A stretch of DNA of 64,000 bases from the IMG/VR virus record IMGVR_UViG_3300033166_000001, positions 26,654-90,653 of that record; one strand, written 5' to 3'. Shown piece by piece: positions 32,671-42,099 of this stretch. Position numbers and translations under genes: made by a program. Source of the DNA: a virus (taxonomy: Duplodnaviria > Caudoviricetes). The notes below the pieces were generated by a model. It searched no databases and had not been told where the DNA came from. It saw only the letters and a list, made by a program, of their open reading frames with translations. Each line of letters starts with the position of its first letter. The first letter of the stretch is position 1.

Positions 32671-32851
32671 CTAATCCATATTTCTTATTAAAATCTTCTT
32701 CAGATAAAACATCTAGTAGAAGTAAGACAATATCTTGCCTTACCTCTTCTAAATGTTCCTTACATACAGCTATACCTTGAATATCTAAATCGTTAGTAAG
32801 CCTTATATCTGTTTCTTTATTGCATTTAATACAGTTTCCCATTTCTAACAC
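32657..32851 (-). CDS. Small zinc-ribbon protein
   Basis: CIKC...CKEH putative Zn ligands. Confidence 0.55.
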   Translation of the reverse strand: MLEMGNCIKCNKETDIRLTNDLDIQGIAVCKEHLEEVRQDIVLLLLDVLSEEDFNKKYGLDGKS

Positions 32852-33153
32852 TAATGGTTAATACGTGTATCAAAATTATCCTTAAGTAGGTATAACTCAT
32901 ACAATAAAGTTTCATTTGTATGAATATTATCAAATATATCCTGTATATTATTATAAATAAATACTATAGATTCATCTTTCCATTCTTCAGGAACAACATC
33001 CTTAGGATTAGCTGAACAGAACATTAATATTTTACTTTTATCAGCTTCAATATCTTTTTCTAGTTCAGAGATTTTATCTTCTAGCACTAACTTATTTTCA
33101 AAATGCACCCTTGAAATATATATTTCTGCATTAATTGTAGTTCCCCATCCCAT
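32851..33153 (-). CDS. Hypothetical protein
   Basis: 100 aa, coupled start/stop. Confidence 0.6.
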   Translation of the reverse strand: MGWGTTINAEIYISRVHFENKLVLEDKISELEKDIEADKSKILMFCSANPKDVVPEEWKDESIVFIYNNIQDIFDNIHTNETLLYELYLLKDNFDTRINH

Positions 33154-33155
33154 AA

Positions 33156-33581
33156 TTATTCCTCCTTTACTTCTACCTTAATTCTTCCTTCATCACTGTA
33201 TTGTAATCCTGGAGCATCATATACATTATACCATTTTTCTCCAGGATTTTTCTCTCTATACTCTTTAGCAAATTGTTCCCATATAGGCCTATAAATATCA
33301 TAAGATACTTTAGCATCTTCATGTAATTTATCAGAACCTATTCCATAAGAAGCATTTAGAGGAAGACCTGTGAACTGTACTTTTAGGAATTTTAATTGCT
33401 CTTCTACTTGATTTCTCATCTCCCAAAAACTATCAACTTTACTTTGGTTTTCATACTCTTTAAACTCCATAGCATCGGGAATTTCCCACTGTCCAGCTAG
33501 AAACCTACTATAAAATTCTAGCCCTCTAGCCATAGTTCTTAACTGTTCTTCAGTAAATTCTACTACATATTTTTTATTCAT
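33156..33581 (-). CDS. Hypothetical protein
   Basis: 141 aa; LEFYSRFLAGQW and SYGIG motifs. Confidence 0.65.
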   Translation of the reverse strand: MNKKYVVEFTEEQLRTMARGLEFYSRFLAGQWEIPDAMEFKEYENQSKVDSFWEMRNQVEEQLKFLKVQFTGLPLNASYGIGSDKLHEDAKVSYDIYRPIWEQFAKEYREKNPGEKWYNVYDAPGLQYSDEGRIKVEVKEE

Positions 33582-33775
33582 TGTTCATCAAATTTATTTC
33601 CCAATTTATCTAGAAATGTCATAAGATTATCTATTACTTTAATAAGAAATTTTATATCACCTTTTAAAATATACCAAGGTAAAACTATTATTACAAATAA
33701 AGCAAACAATAATACTGTCAATACAATAGTAAAAAATGTTAAACCCACTAACCATAATCTATATAGTATATTCAT
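33578..33775 (-). CDS. Small membrane protein
   Basis: Long hydrophobic stretch in 65 aa. Confidence 0.55.
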   Translation of the reverse strand: MNILYRLWLVGLTFFTIVLTVLLFALFVIIVLPWYILKGDIKFLIKVIDNLMTFLDKLGNKFDEQ

Positions 33776-33777
33776 TT

Positions 33778-34035
33778 TTATACCTTTAAACCGTTTAAAC
33801 TCTCTTCAATACTCTCCAACTTTTCTATAATCAAGGCTAATTCCGGTATATTTTTTAAACTTTCATCTACATATTTCATTATAGCTTGTTTTATATTAGC
33901 GTGGTAAGTTTCTTTAGTAGATATTATCTCTTTAAGATTACCTTCTTTATCCTTACCTTCCTTAACTTCTTCAAACCTTAATATCCAATTATAAGGATCT
34001 GATATTAAAGTATAATTTTTATCTAGTTTAATCAT
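33778..34035 (-). CDS. Hypothetical protein (start likely 34035)
   Basis: ATG overlapping the upstream stop; YTLISDPYNWIL. Confidence 0.6.
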   Translation of the reverse strand: MIKLDKNYTLISDPYNWILRFEEVKEGKDKEGNLKEIISTKETYHANIKQAIMKYVDESLKNIPELALIIEKLESIEESLNGLKV

Positions 34036-34435
34036 CGTTATTACGCCATTTAATAAATTCAATTACCGCACTATAAACTAATTCTATTAATGGAATTTCA
34101 TCTATTCTAGATTCTTTCCAGGTTATTTGTAGCAGATCATTATGAATATTGGATACAATCTCACAATACTGAATATTTTCATCTGCAATAATACCTATTG
34201 TGGTATTGTATTCCAGATTAATCTTTTTTAGTACAGGCATGAGCCAATCATAGGAAGAATGATATTTAGAGTATTTAATAATATTATGAATAACTTTCTC
34301 CTTACTATTTTCTGTAGTATAATAAAATGGAGGGTCACTCCAAGAATGAATATATCCAGCAGATGAAATTTTCTTATCTACTTCCATAAATTCAACAATA
34401 AGTTTGTTTCCTTCAAATATTTCTTCTTTTGTCAT
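34028..34435 (-). CDS. Hypothetical protein (NKLIxEFM / YHSSxDWLMPV family)
   Basis: Motifs recurrent in Bacteroidota phage proteins. Confidence 0.65.
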   Translation of the reverse strand: MTKEEIFEGNKLIVEFMEVDKKISSAGYIHSWSDPPFYYTTENSKEKVIHNIIKYSKYHSSYDWLMPVLKKINLEYNTTIGIIADENIQYCEIVSNIHNDLLQITWKESRIDEIPLIELVYSAVIEFIKWRNNDD

Positions 34436-34436
34436 A

Positions 34437-35135
34437 TTACCAATGTATTATATTCATATTACGTAATTCCAGCTCAGTATTGGCCTCTTTAAAGATATTA
34501 CTTCCTAAAAAGCCAGCATTCTTATTATAGACTTCGGCAGCTGGATGACTAGCAGTCAAGATACTATGGGTTTTATTTGTCACAAATTTAGCATATTTTT
34601 GTGACTCTTTACCTAATAGTACCCAAATAATTTCATTCTTTTCATTTAATTTTTTAAGGACAAATGTAGTAAATTCTGCCCATAATTCTAGATGAGAACC
34701 TGGTTTTCCTTTTTCTACCGTTAAAGCTATATTTAAAAGTAGAACTCCTTGTTTTGCCCAACGCTGTAAATCTTGTCTATCTAACCTCCCATAATTAATT
34801 TCCTCTTTCCATTCAGGATACTCATTGTCTATCTCTTGCAGAATTATCTTCAAAGAAGGAGATATTTCATCAGTAAGGCTGTTAGAAAAAGCTAACCCAT
34901 CCATAGAACCATTATGGTATGGATCTTGGGCAAGTAGTACGAGCTTAACTTTATCATATGGAGTTTCTCTAAATGCTCTAAATATTAGTTCTCTTGGAGG
35001 ATAAATGGTTCTTTTATGCCTAAGGGCTGTTATGATTGAAGCTAAATTAGTAAAAGCCTTAGAGGAAATATACTCCTCTAAGACTTCATACCAAGATTCC
35101 CCAAACATTTCTATTAGTTTATCTTTGGGTATCAT
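34437..35135 (-). CDS. ung: Uracil-DNA glycosylase, family 1
   Basis: LLAQDPYH, GLAFS, QGVLLLN, ASHPAA motifs. Confidence 0.92.
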   Translation of the reverse strand: MIPKDKLIEMFGESWYEVLEEYISSKAFTNLASIITALRHKRTIYPPRELIFRAFRETPYDKVKLVLLAQDPYHNGSMDGLAFSNSLTDEISPSLKIILQEIDNEYPEWKEEINYGRLDRQDLQRWAKQGVLLLNIALTVEKGKPGSHLELWAEFTTFVLKKLNEKNEIIWVLLGKESQKYAKFVTNKTHSILTASHPAAEVYNKNAGFLGSNIFKEANTELELRNMNIIHW

Positions 35136-35138
35136 ATA

Positions 35139-35930
35139 TTATGTTATTGTTGTTGTCCAAATTTCTTCCTTTTTTTTAGGCTTTACATCTAAATCTACAT
35201 TCCAAAAATGGTCTTTAGTACATCCATATAAATCTAACATTTCTTGTAATAGTTCTGGTGCTCTAGTAAGTACTTGCCAAATTCTATTATTTTCTTTCAT
35301 TCTATGAAAGCCCTTTATTCTTGATTTTAAATCATCTGATATTTTTGAATATTTACCATTTAAGAATAATTCTACATCATAATGATATTTCTCCTGAATA
35401 TTAAAAGTTACTAAATCTAATCCTCCGGTATAATTCTGTATTCCTTTAAAACTGGGAATACTCTGTAATCTTTTTTCTAATTCTCCATATGTATCTGCTG
35501 TGGAGAATCTATAGAGTACCTTCAACTGCTTACAATCCTCCGAAAGATAAGCATTAATAAAGAAGGTTGTATAGGCAAAGTAGTCTTTATTATTACCTAA
35601 TACAGGAAGTATATAGATACTACATCTATTTCTAAGATGTGTAAGTATAGTATATTTTTCTCTAAAGTTCTTATTATCTGCACCTTTTAAAATGTAGTTA
35701 ACAGGATAGGCACTTGGTAGAGTGCTGTAGTCATGCTGGAATAAATCTCCAGTATTTAAGGAGTAGTCACCAATTGAAAGGCTAATTATATTATTTTGGC
35801 TATCTTTTGCTTCTTTTATATTATGGGCATTTGTGTATATTTCAACTGTTCTAGCATCCGTTATAATATAGTACAATTTATTACCTGCACTTAAGTCTAC
35901 GGTTGAATAATCCACTTTGCCCTGTGTCAT
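35139..35930 (-). CDS. Hypothetical protein
   Basis: 263-aa ORF in operon. Confidence 0.65.
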   Translation of the reverse strand: MTQGKVDYSTVDLSAGNKLYYIITDARTVEIYTNAHNIKEAKDSQNNIISLSIGDYSLNTGDLFQHDYSTLPSAYPVNYILKGADNKNFREKYTILTHLRNRCSIYILPVLGNNKDYFAYTTFFINAYLSEDCKQLKVLYRFSTADTYGELEKRLQSIPSFKGIQNYTGGLDLVTFNIQEKYHYDVELFLNGKYSKISDDLKSRIKGFHRMKENNRIWQVLTRAPELLQEMLDLYGCTKDHFWNVDLDVKPKKKEEIWTTTIT

Positions 35931-36211
35931 ATTTTAAGCCTTAACTGTTTAGCACTAGTTTCTGGTAATTTACATAGTTCATCTAACCAAAAATCTACTG
36001 TATCCCAAGTTATACCATTAGTAGCATCATGCTTTTCTATCATAGTATCTAAAGCTTTAGGAAATAGGTTTCTATCATATATTTCCATACCTTCCAATTC
36101 TTCTTTTTCTCTAGCACTAGCCTCAAAATCTAATATATTCCAAAATACTCCTCTGGCTCCTCTCCTATATTTCTCTACTAATTCAATTTCATTTTCATCT
36201 GTTATAATCAT
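35927..36211 (-). CDS. Hypothetical protein
   Basis: 94 aa; HDATNGITWDTV motif. Confidence 0.6.
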   Translation of the reverse strand: MIITDENEIELVEKYRRGARGVFWNILDFEASAREKEELEGMEIYDRNLFPKALDTMIEKHDATNGITWDTVDFWLDELCKLPETSAKQLRLKI

Positions 36212-36212
36212 A

Positions 36213-36434
36213 TTAGCATTGTATATTTTCTAAAACATTGTAAACAATATCATATAGATTGTTAAATTGATCCTGATATTCTTCTCTTAGTTTAAAACTA
36301 TCTAGAGTATCTTCTTCATATAGAATATCATCAATTTTATCATCTTCCCATCCAGCATCTTTATATTTCTGCTTCATTATTTCAATAGCTATTTCACTAG
36401 AAGCTTCTATAATATTAACTTTTATTATTTGCAT
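36213..36434 (-). CDS. Hypothetical acidic protein
   Basis: 73 aa in operon. Confidence 0.55.
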   Translation of the reverse strand: MQIIKVNIIEASSEIAIEIMKQKYKDAGWEDDKIDDILYEEDTLDSFKLREEYQDQFNNLYDIVYNVLENIQC

Positions 36435-36775
36435 TCTATACTCTTTAAAAAGGTTTCAATATCTAGATCTAATATTTTATCCAGGCACTCGCCATCAGTA
36501 TACTCTTCTGCAGGAAGTTTCTGAATTTCTACTATCTTTTTAAATAGTTCTAACATTTCTGCAATCTTTTCTTCTGATATCTTCTTAGGTAAAGGATAAA
36601 TAGATTCATCCGCTAAATCTATACTAAATCTTTCTCCTGTAGCCTCATCTTCTACTATATAAATTAGATCAAAAGCTGCTTCTTCACATATACTAGCAAT
36701 GTTCATAGCTGCTTCTAATGGATTATTTCCTTCTGTAGCTGAAAATCCTCCTAAAGTTACTTCATAACTATTCAT
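36425..36775 (-). CDS. Hypothetical protein
   Basis: 116 aa; NPLEAA and TGERFSIDL motifs. Confidence 0.6.
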   Translation of the reverse strand: MNSYEVTLGGFSATEGNNPLEAAMNIASICEEAAFDLIYIVEDEATGERFSIDLADESIYPLPKKISEEKIAEMLELFKKIVEIQKLPAEEYTDGECLDKILDLDIETFLKSIECK

Positions 36776-37016
36776 TTTCTAAACTTTTTAAATAATCTTC
36801 AAATGTTTGATATTGAAGTTTATCATTTTCTAATAATTCTTCAATATACATTTCTGCTGCAATATACGATGCCTCTCTACTAGCTTCAAAACATCGTTTA
36901 CCAAATTCTAAAGCAACTCTTTTAGCAAATTCTTCAGAGTGTGTTATAGATAAATAGTAATTATTTATTTTATAATAATTTTCATCTATCTGTTCAATTA
37001 GTTTTTCTAAATTCAT
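36768..37016 (-). CDS. Hypothetical protein
   Basis: 82 aa in operon. Confidence 0.55.
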   Translation of the reverse strand: MNLEKLIEQIDENYYKINNYYLSITHSEEFAKRVALEFGKRCFEASREASYIAAEMYIEELLENDKLQYQTFEDYLKSLENE

Positions 37017-37018
37017 AA

Positions 37019-37915
37019 TTAAAAATTATCTTTAATTTCTATATCCTCAATTTGCGAATCACGAACTACTTCTGTAATATTAGGATAATCAGGTACTTTT
37101 CCTACCTCTCTAATAAAATCTTCAGGTGTTCGTAAAATATATAAAAGTCTAAAATTCTTTTGGAATTCAAATACAGAAGTAGGAATATGAGGATATTGCT
37201 TAATGTAATGCCCCATAAAATTAAACCATAAATCACAGTCTTCGTTTTCTATAGCTTTTTCCCAATATTTAATTCCTTTTCCAGGCAGCCCTTTAATCCC
37301 GTCAGCACTGTCCCCTGCAATCATAGAATATTTTAAATTATTTTCAACATCTTCAGGACTAGTCTCTACCCAATTACCTTTAATAGTATCTTCTTCACTA
37401 TAAACATAGTCGGAACTTATTTTTCTCCTTCCTTTAGCTTCATCTGTTATTCTATAAGTATAATCAAAATGTTTTCCCACAAATCCTTTTAAGATGTCTT
37501 TGTCTGGAGAGCATAAAATCTTTATGGTATCTTTATTGAATATTTCATCTGGTACACATTCTATTTCTGAATGTCCTACTAATCTAGTAAATTCAGGAAT
37601 AGAATAGAAATACCCTACAGCATCATCTGCTTCATATCCTATACAAACATTTAGATTATACTCTGCAATAGCCCATTCTTTTAAAGCTGATAGATATTTA
37701 GGTGGTTTACCTGTTCTATTAGCTTTATAGTCTGGACTAATATTGTGTCTAAATGTCTTTCCTTTACCTACAAATCCTGCCCAATGGGTACAGCCCGTTT
37801 TATCTAAACAATTCTGAAGCTTATCCTTTAAAGCTTCTATACTCTCTTCTAATGTATCTCTGGTAGAATGATACAACATCCCATCAAAGTCTATGATACT
37901 TAGTATTTTATCCAT
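37019..37915 (-). CDS. 5'-3' exonuclease / flap endonuclease (T7 gp6 / PolA 5'-exo-like)
   Basis: IDFDG, GYEADD, SPDKD, GDSADGIKGLPGKG (H3TH) motifs. Confidence 0.85.
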   Translation of the reverse strand: MDKILSIIDFDGMLYHSTRDTLEESIEALKDKLQNCLDKTGCTHWAGFVGKGKTFRHNISPDYKANRTGKPPKYLSALKEWAIAEYNLNVCIGYEADDAVGYFYSIPEFTRLVGHSEIECVPDEIFNKDTIKILCSPDKDILKGFVGKHFDYTYRITDEAKGRRKISSDYVYSEEDTIKGNWVETSPEDVENNLKYSMIAGDSADGIKGLPGKGIKYWEKAIENEDCDLWFNFMGHYIKQYPHIPTSVFEFQKNFRLLYILRTPEDFIREVGKVPDYPNITEVVRDSQIEDIEIKDNF

Positions 37916-37974
37916 TAATTAAGTCCTTTCTTCTAATATTACCATCTCTAGCAGTATAGTATTTATTTCTCTTT

Positions 37975-38619
37975 TTAAACATCTCCTACTAAATTATCAA
38001 TTACCATTCTAGCTTCATCAAGTAACCCACTTTCTTCAGGTTCTCCATAGTATCCCCAACAGCTATCTATTTCTTCCCAATCAGTATCTTCCTCCGCTAC
38101 CCGCAAAAAAGCTTCAGAAGAAAATGTACCAGTAATACATAGAGTATCAAATTCTTCCTTAGATGTTGAATAGATAGTATTAGGCTTCTCTATAATAAAA
38201 CCATATATTTCTCCTGATAGGTATTGGTTCCAAGTTTTTATTAACCCTTCAGCAGCAGTTTTAGCTGTTTCTAAATCCTTAAATTCTTCTTTATAAGCTA
38301 AAATATATCCAGATACACTACTATCCCATCTACACTGTTTAGTTCCTGTGAATAAAGATAAAGACACTCCTGAATGTATATAAGCCTCAACAGGAAATAT
38401 CCAGTACTCATGGTATCTATGTCCTTCCCATAATTCAGGTTCATCTGTAGCTAGGAATTCATATAAAGCTTTGGGTTCAAATCCTTCTCTTTCTATATAG
38501 AATTGTCTATGGTCATACACTAAAAATACTTCTTCATCTCCATCTTCATCAGGAGAGTCATTAGTTACACTTTCTCTTATCTTAATCTTGTATCCTTTAT
38601 AATAGATATCTTGTTCCAT
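37975..38619 (-). CDS. Conserved hypothetical protein
   Basis: 214 aa; YIHSGVSLS..WDSS..G, W.QYLSGEIYGF and DSCWGYYG motifs. Confidence 0.65.
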   Translation of the reverse strand: MEQDIYYKGYKIKIRESVTNDSPDEDGDEEVFLVYDHRQFYIEREGFEPKALYEFLATDEPELWEGHRYHEYWIFPVEAYIHSGVSLSLFTGTKQCRWDSSVSGYILAYKEEFKDLETAKTAAEGLIKTWNQYLSGEIYGFIIEKPNTIYSTSKEEFDTLCITGTFSSEAFLRVAEEDTDWEEIDSCWGYYGEPEESGLLDEARMVIDNLVGDV

Positions 38620-38622
38620 AAT

Positions 38623-39750
38623 CTATAAATTAATAAAGGCTAATGCATATAGCATATGATAATACCATGCATTTAGCCTATTTTGTTTGCTATTATAGTA
38701 AGATTTACTTACTTCTTTTTGGTTATCCTCTACTATTTCTAGTTCTTTACTTAATTCTGTACCTTCATATACAGCTAGATTAGTAATATTTATCCCATAT
38801 GGATGCAGCTCTTTTATAAAGTCTAAAGTTCTCTGGTATGTAACCTTAGTTTCTCCAGGTAATCCTACAATAATATTTGGAATAATATTAATCTCTAGTT
38901 CCTGTAATATTCTTACTGCTTCTAGAATACTTTTTTGAGAAGCGGGTTTCTTCATACTTTTCAGTATAGTATCATTAAAACTTTCTACTCCTAACTCTAC
39001 GGCAAATATGTGTAGTTCTTCAAAATTAATTTTAGGAACCTGTGAGGCAGTAGTTTGTACAATAAACCCTTTGAACTCGTGGTTATAAGATTTAATCTTT
39101 CTATACAAATAGGAAAGTAGCTTATAGTTATCACATTGCCCAAAAGTTTTATCATCTATATATACCAACTTAAACTTTAAAGGATACATATTTAGAGCTT
39201 CTAGCCTAATCTCATTAAAATCATTCTCTACTACTTCGTTAGGAATAGTACAGAACTTGCATCTGTGTAAGCATCCTTGAGAGAGTTGTAACCTTGGAAT
39301 AGTTTCTATATCCCTAAATAAAGAGTAATCTACACCTTTATAGTAAGGTATATTGAAATAGGTACAAAATTCTTGTACACTATTAAACCATTGTATGTTG
39401 CTACTATCTGGTTTAGTATATCCTCCTGCACATATAGGCTTTTCGACACTGCTGCAAATACTATCCACAACAGGTTTAGTAACACTTAGTACTGAAAATA
39501 GAATAACATCAGCATCACTATCATTAATAAACTGTATAGACTTTGTTATATCCTCAATAATATGTAGCTCTTTATTTTCTATACAGTAGGATAGTTCAGC
39601 TATCCATCTAGGTATCTCCCAAAAATGTTCAGGTCTAACATAGCCATCTTCATAATGCTTATGGTACCAAGTATTATAGAATTGGTTTGCATAACTTTCC
39701 TCTTTTGTTGTTAGCAGCTTATTTGATACTTGGCAAAATAATACTTTCAT
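38623..39750 (-). CDS. Radical SAM protein with degenerate N-terminal B12-binding domain
   Basis: SQGCLHRCKFC (CxxxCxxC), DDKTF, GVES..LKSMKK, IIVGLPGET. Confidence 0.85.
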   Translation of the reverse strand: MKVLFCQVSNKLLTTKEESYANQFYNTWYHKHYEDGYVRPEHFWEIPRWIAELSYCIENKELHIIEDITKSIQFINDSDADVILFSVLSVTKPVVDSICSSVEKPICAGGYTKPDSSNIQWFNSVQEFCTYFNIPYYKGVDYSLFRDIETIPRLQLSQGCLHRCKFCTIPNEVVENDFNEIRLEALNMYPLKFKLVYIDDKTFGQCDNYKLLSYLYRKIKSYNHEFKGFIVQTTASQVPKINFEELHIFAVELGVESFNDTILKSMKKPASQKSILEAVRILQELEINIIPNIIVGLPGETKVTYQRTLDFIKELHPYGINITNLAVYEGTELSKELEIVEDNQKEVSKSYYNSKQNRLNAWYYHMLYALAFINL

Positions 39751-39752
39751 AA

Positions 39753-39950
39753 TTATTTAACTTTATTTTTACTAATAGTGGCAATTGGAGTTAATGCCCC
39801 AGCTATAGTATATCCTTTCTGAGCAGCATACATAGCTTCAAACAATTGTGTTTTAGAGCATTTAATACTATCTAAAATTCTATCTATCCTAACATCATCT
39901 TCTTTCTCCAGCATTTTATCCAATGCTTTAATAATCTCACTATTTTCCAT
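39753..39950 (-). CDS. Hypothetical protein
   Basis: 65 aa. Confidence 0.5.
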   Translation of the reverse strand: MENSEIIKALDKMLEKEDDVRIDRILDSIKCSKTQLFEAMYAAQKGYTIAGALTPIATISKNKVK

Positions 39951-40113
39951 TTGTCTTCTGTTCTTTAAGAAGTTCTTTAAGAGTATCTACTTTACTCTTA
40001 ACTGTTAATACTCTATCCCTATCTACTCTCTTATTAGAAAGAATAAATCTAGATAGAGCTGAAGATAGAGACCTTTCTGAGTACTCTATCTTCTTCTCTA
40101 ATTGTAAATCCAT
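39940..40113 (-). CDS. Small hypothetical protein (57 aa, not in ORF track)
   Basis: MDLQLEKKIEYSERSL...KEQKTNGK fills the gap exactly between neighbours. Confidence 0.5.
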   Translation of the reverse strand: MDLQLEKKIEYSERSLSSALSRFILSNKRVDRDRVLTVKSKVDTLKELLKEQKTNGK

Positions 40114-40115
40114 AT

Positions 40116-40796
40116 TTAGCTAAATGAATGTTCTACAAAGGAATGCAATTTCACATGCCTATCAATATACTCCAATGGATGTGATTGCTTTAAAGCATGG
40201 GTTACGTGGTTATAGAAAGACCAAAGATTCTCTGCTGGAAATAGCTTAGATTCCTGTATCTCTTTCTTTACTATATTAGCCATTGTAGGGGTAACAATTT
40301 CTTCTTCTACAAATAATCTACCTAGTAATTCTGCTTGGGCACGTTTATTAAGGTCTATTTCATTAAATCTATTTTTAGCCTTAATAATTTTATAATATTC
40401 ATCATAAAGAATAGCAGTACCTTCTTCAATCATATTAGTTAAATCTTCCCATACATTAGTAGTATGTTTTCTTCTCATACTATATTCAGCTGATATTACA
40501 CCGTTGAGACAGATAAAAACCTCTGCTCCCATTGCTATTACAGCTGCTTTAGATTTATCGTAAGAATTAGTTAAACCTATCTGCATATCCATACCAGGTT
40601 CTTCTCCAGCAAATACTAATTTGCCTGACATTACCTGCCCATTTCTAGCCTCATTCCAATTATCCCTTACTAGTGTAAAATCTCTCTTATAGGCCGCTTC
40701 TAAAATAGTATCTATAAATACCCCATGAGGAACAGGAGTATAAGAAGCTGTTTTTGCAGGTAAAGGTACCTGTCTTAGTTCTATTTGTGTTGTCAT
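40116..40796 (-). CDS. DUF932/DUF945-family protein
   Basis: PVPHG, GLTNSYDKS, VFICLNG, NLWSFYNHVT motifs. Confidence 0.75.
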   Translation of the reverse strand: MTTQIELRQVPLPAKTASYTPVPHGVFIDTILEAAYKRDFTLVRDNWNEARNGQVMSGKLVFAGEEPGMDMQIGLTNSYDKSKAAVIAMGAEVFICLNGVISAEYSMRRKHTTNVWEDLTNMIEEGTAILYDEYYKIIKAKNRFNEIDLNKRAQAELLGRLFVEEEIVTPTMANIVKKEIQESKLFPAENLWSFYNHVTHALKQSHPLEYIDRHVKLHSFVEHSFS

Positions 40797-40799
40797 AAT

Positions 40800-41345
40800 C
40801 TACCAGCTTGCATGATAATAAAAGTCACCTCCTTTTTCTAAGTAAGGCTCTAACATTTCCACTGTTTCTTTTAAATCTTGAATATAGTATTCATCATATT
40901 CTGTGGAACCAAAGAAAAATCCTGAAGTAGTTGGGAGCAATTCTTCTGCTATACTAACATCTTCTACTAGTTTGCCATCTTCTAATATATCTATCCATTC
41001 TCCATCTTCTAATCTTTGTCCATTTTTTACCTTACCATCTATTAGAACTGTAGTAGATATAATCTTTTTACATATATCTACAAGTTCCTTTAATTTAGAC
41101 TCATCTACATAGTATGTATCACAATCATCAGCTCCTTCTTGTACATTTTCTACAAACCAATTATGAATAGCGTTAGCTTTTCTCCAGTAGGCAATTTCCT
41201 CTTCAATATAGCTTATTTTGGCTACATTAATACTATCTACTGGTTTACCATTTTTAGTTATGGTAATATTATACATTTCTTCTGGTTTGTAAAAACTCCA
41301 ATTTTTAACGTAGGTTCTCCTACTTAAATACATATCTAATCCCAT
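40800..41345 (-). CDS. Conserved phage protein (MGLDMYL / YWRKANAIH family)
   Basis: MGLDMYL, YWRKANAIHNWF, LLPTTSGFFFGS motifs. Confidence 0.7.
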   Translation of the reverse strand: MGLDMYLSRRTYVKNWSFYKPEEMYNITITKNGKPVDSINVAKISYIEEEIAYWRKANAIHNWFVENVQEGADDCDTYYVDESKLKELVDICKKIISTTVLIDGKVKNGQRLEDGEWIDILEDGKLVEDVSIAEELLPTTSGFFFGSTEYDEYYIQDLKETVEMLEPYLEKGGDFYYHASW

Positions 41346-41347
41346 GT

Positions 41348-41782
41348 TTACAATATTTTAATTATTACTCCTGGATTATCTTTATCATAAGAATACCATT
41401 GCCCATCTACCTCTAAAGGAAAAGGAAGAAAGTAATCCATATTATCATCTTCTATAAAACAATGTGCAACCATTAAGTCCGCAACTATTTGACAAAGATT
41501 ATGAAAATCTGCTTTATGTTTAGTACCTCTTACAAAATGAAACCCTATTTTTAAAGGATACTCTTTATTACCCACTAATTCTAAGAAAGGTTTCTTATAC
41601 AGCATAAATGTATTAAGCCTTCTAGCATACCCCTTTACAGTTTTTTCTCTAACAGAATACTTTTGAATACCATAACTATTTAAGAAATTTTTTACTGTCT
41701 TAGACATAAAACTTCCTTTAGTAGTATTTATCTTACTGTTCTTAGAACTAGGTATGTTTCCTTTTATGAATAAAGTATCCAT
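41348..41782 (-). CDS. RusA-like Holliday junction resolvase
   Basis: GNIPSSKNSK, ADFHNLCQIVADL..DDN acidic motif. Confidence 0.65.
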   Translation of the reverse strand: MDTLFIKGNIPSSKNSKINTTKGSFMSKTVKNFLNSYGIQKYSVREKTVKGYARRLNTFMLYKKPFLELVGNKEYPLKIGFHFVRGTKHKADFHNLCQIVADLMVAHCFIEDDNMDYFLPFPLEVDGQWYSYDKDNPGVIIKIL

Positions 41783-41986
41783 CTAGTTTAGTTTCTGTAA
41801 CAAATTCGTTAAATATTCAGAATTAGTATGTTTATATCTTCTTTCTATTATATCTAACATCTTTTGTTCCTGTATTTTAGTTCTTTTAACTCTCTCTGCT
41901 ATCTCTTCTGCTTTTCTAACTTGCGGTAAAGTTCTTTTAGCTAAAGCATTTTGATAGTCCATTATGTAATCTTTATATTTACCCAT
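41783..41986 (-). CDS. Hypothetical protein
   Basis: 67 aa. Confidence 0.5.
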   Translation of the reverse strand: MGKYKDYIMDYQNALAKRTLPQVRKAEEIAERVKRTKIQEQKMLDIIERRYKHTNSEYLTNLLQKLN

Positions 41987-42047
41987 ATTATATTATTTAG
42001 TTATTATTGGGTCTAGTAACTTTTTAAACTTCATTTAAACAATTTTA

Positions 42048-42079
42048 TTTGATATTCTAATAATTTATTAGTACATTTG
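42048..42079 (+). promoter_or_regulatory. Bacteroidota sigma-type promoter for the homing endonuclease
   Basis: TTTG-N20-TACATTTG, 20 nt upstream of the ATG at 42100. Confidence 0.7.
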
Positions 42080-42099
42080 TTATTATAAACAACACTTAT

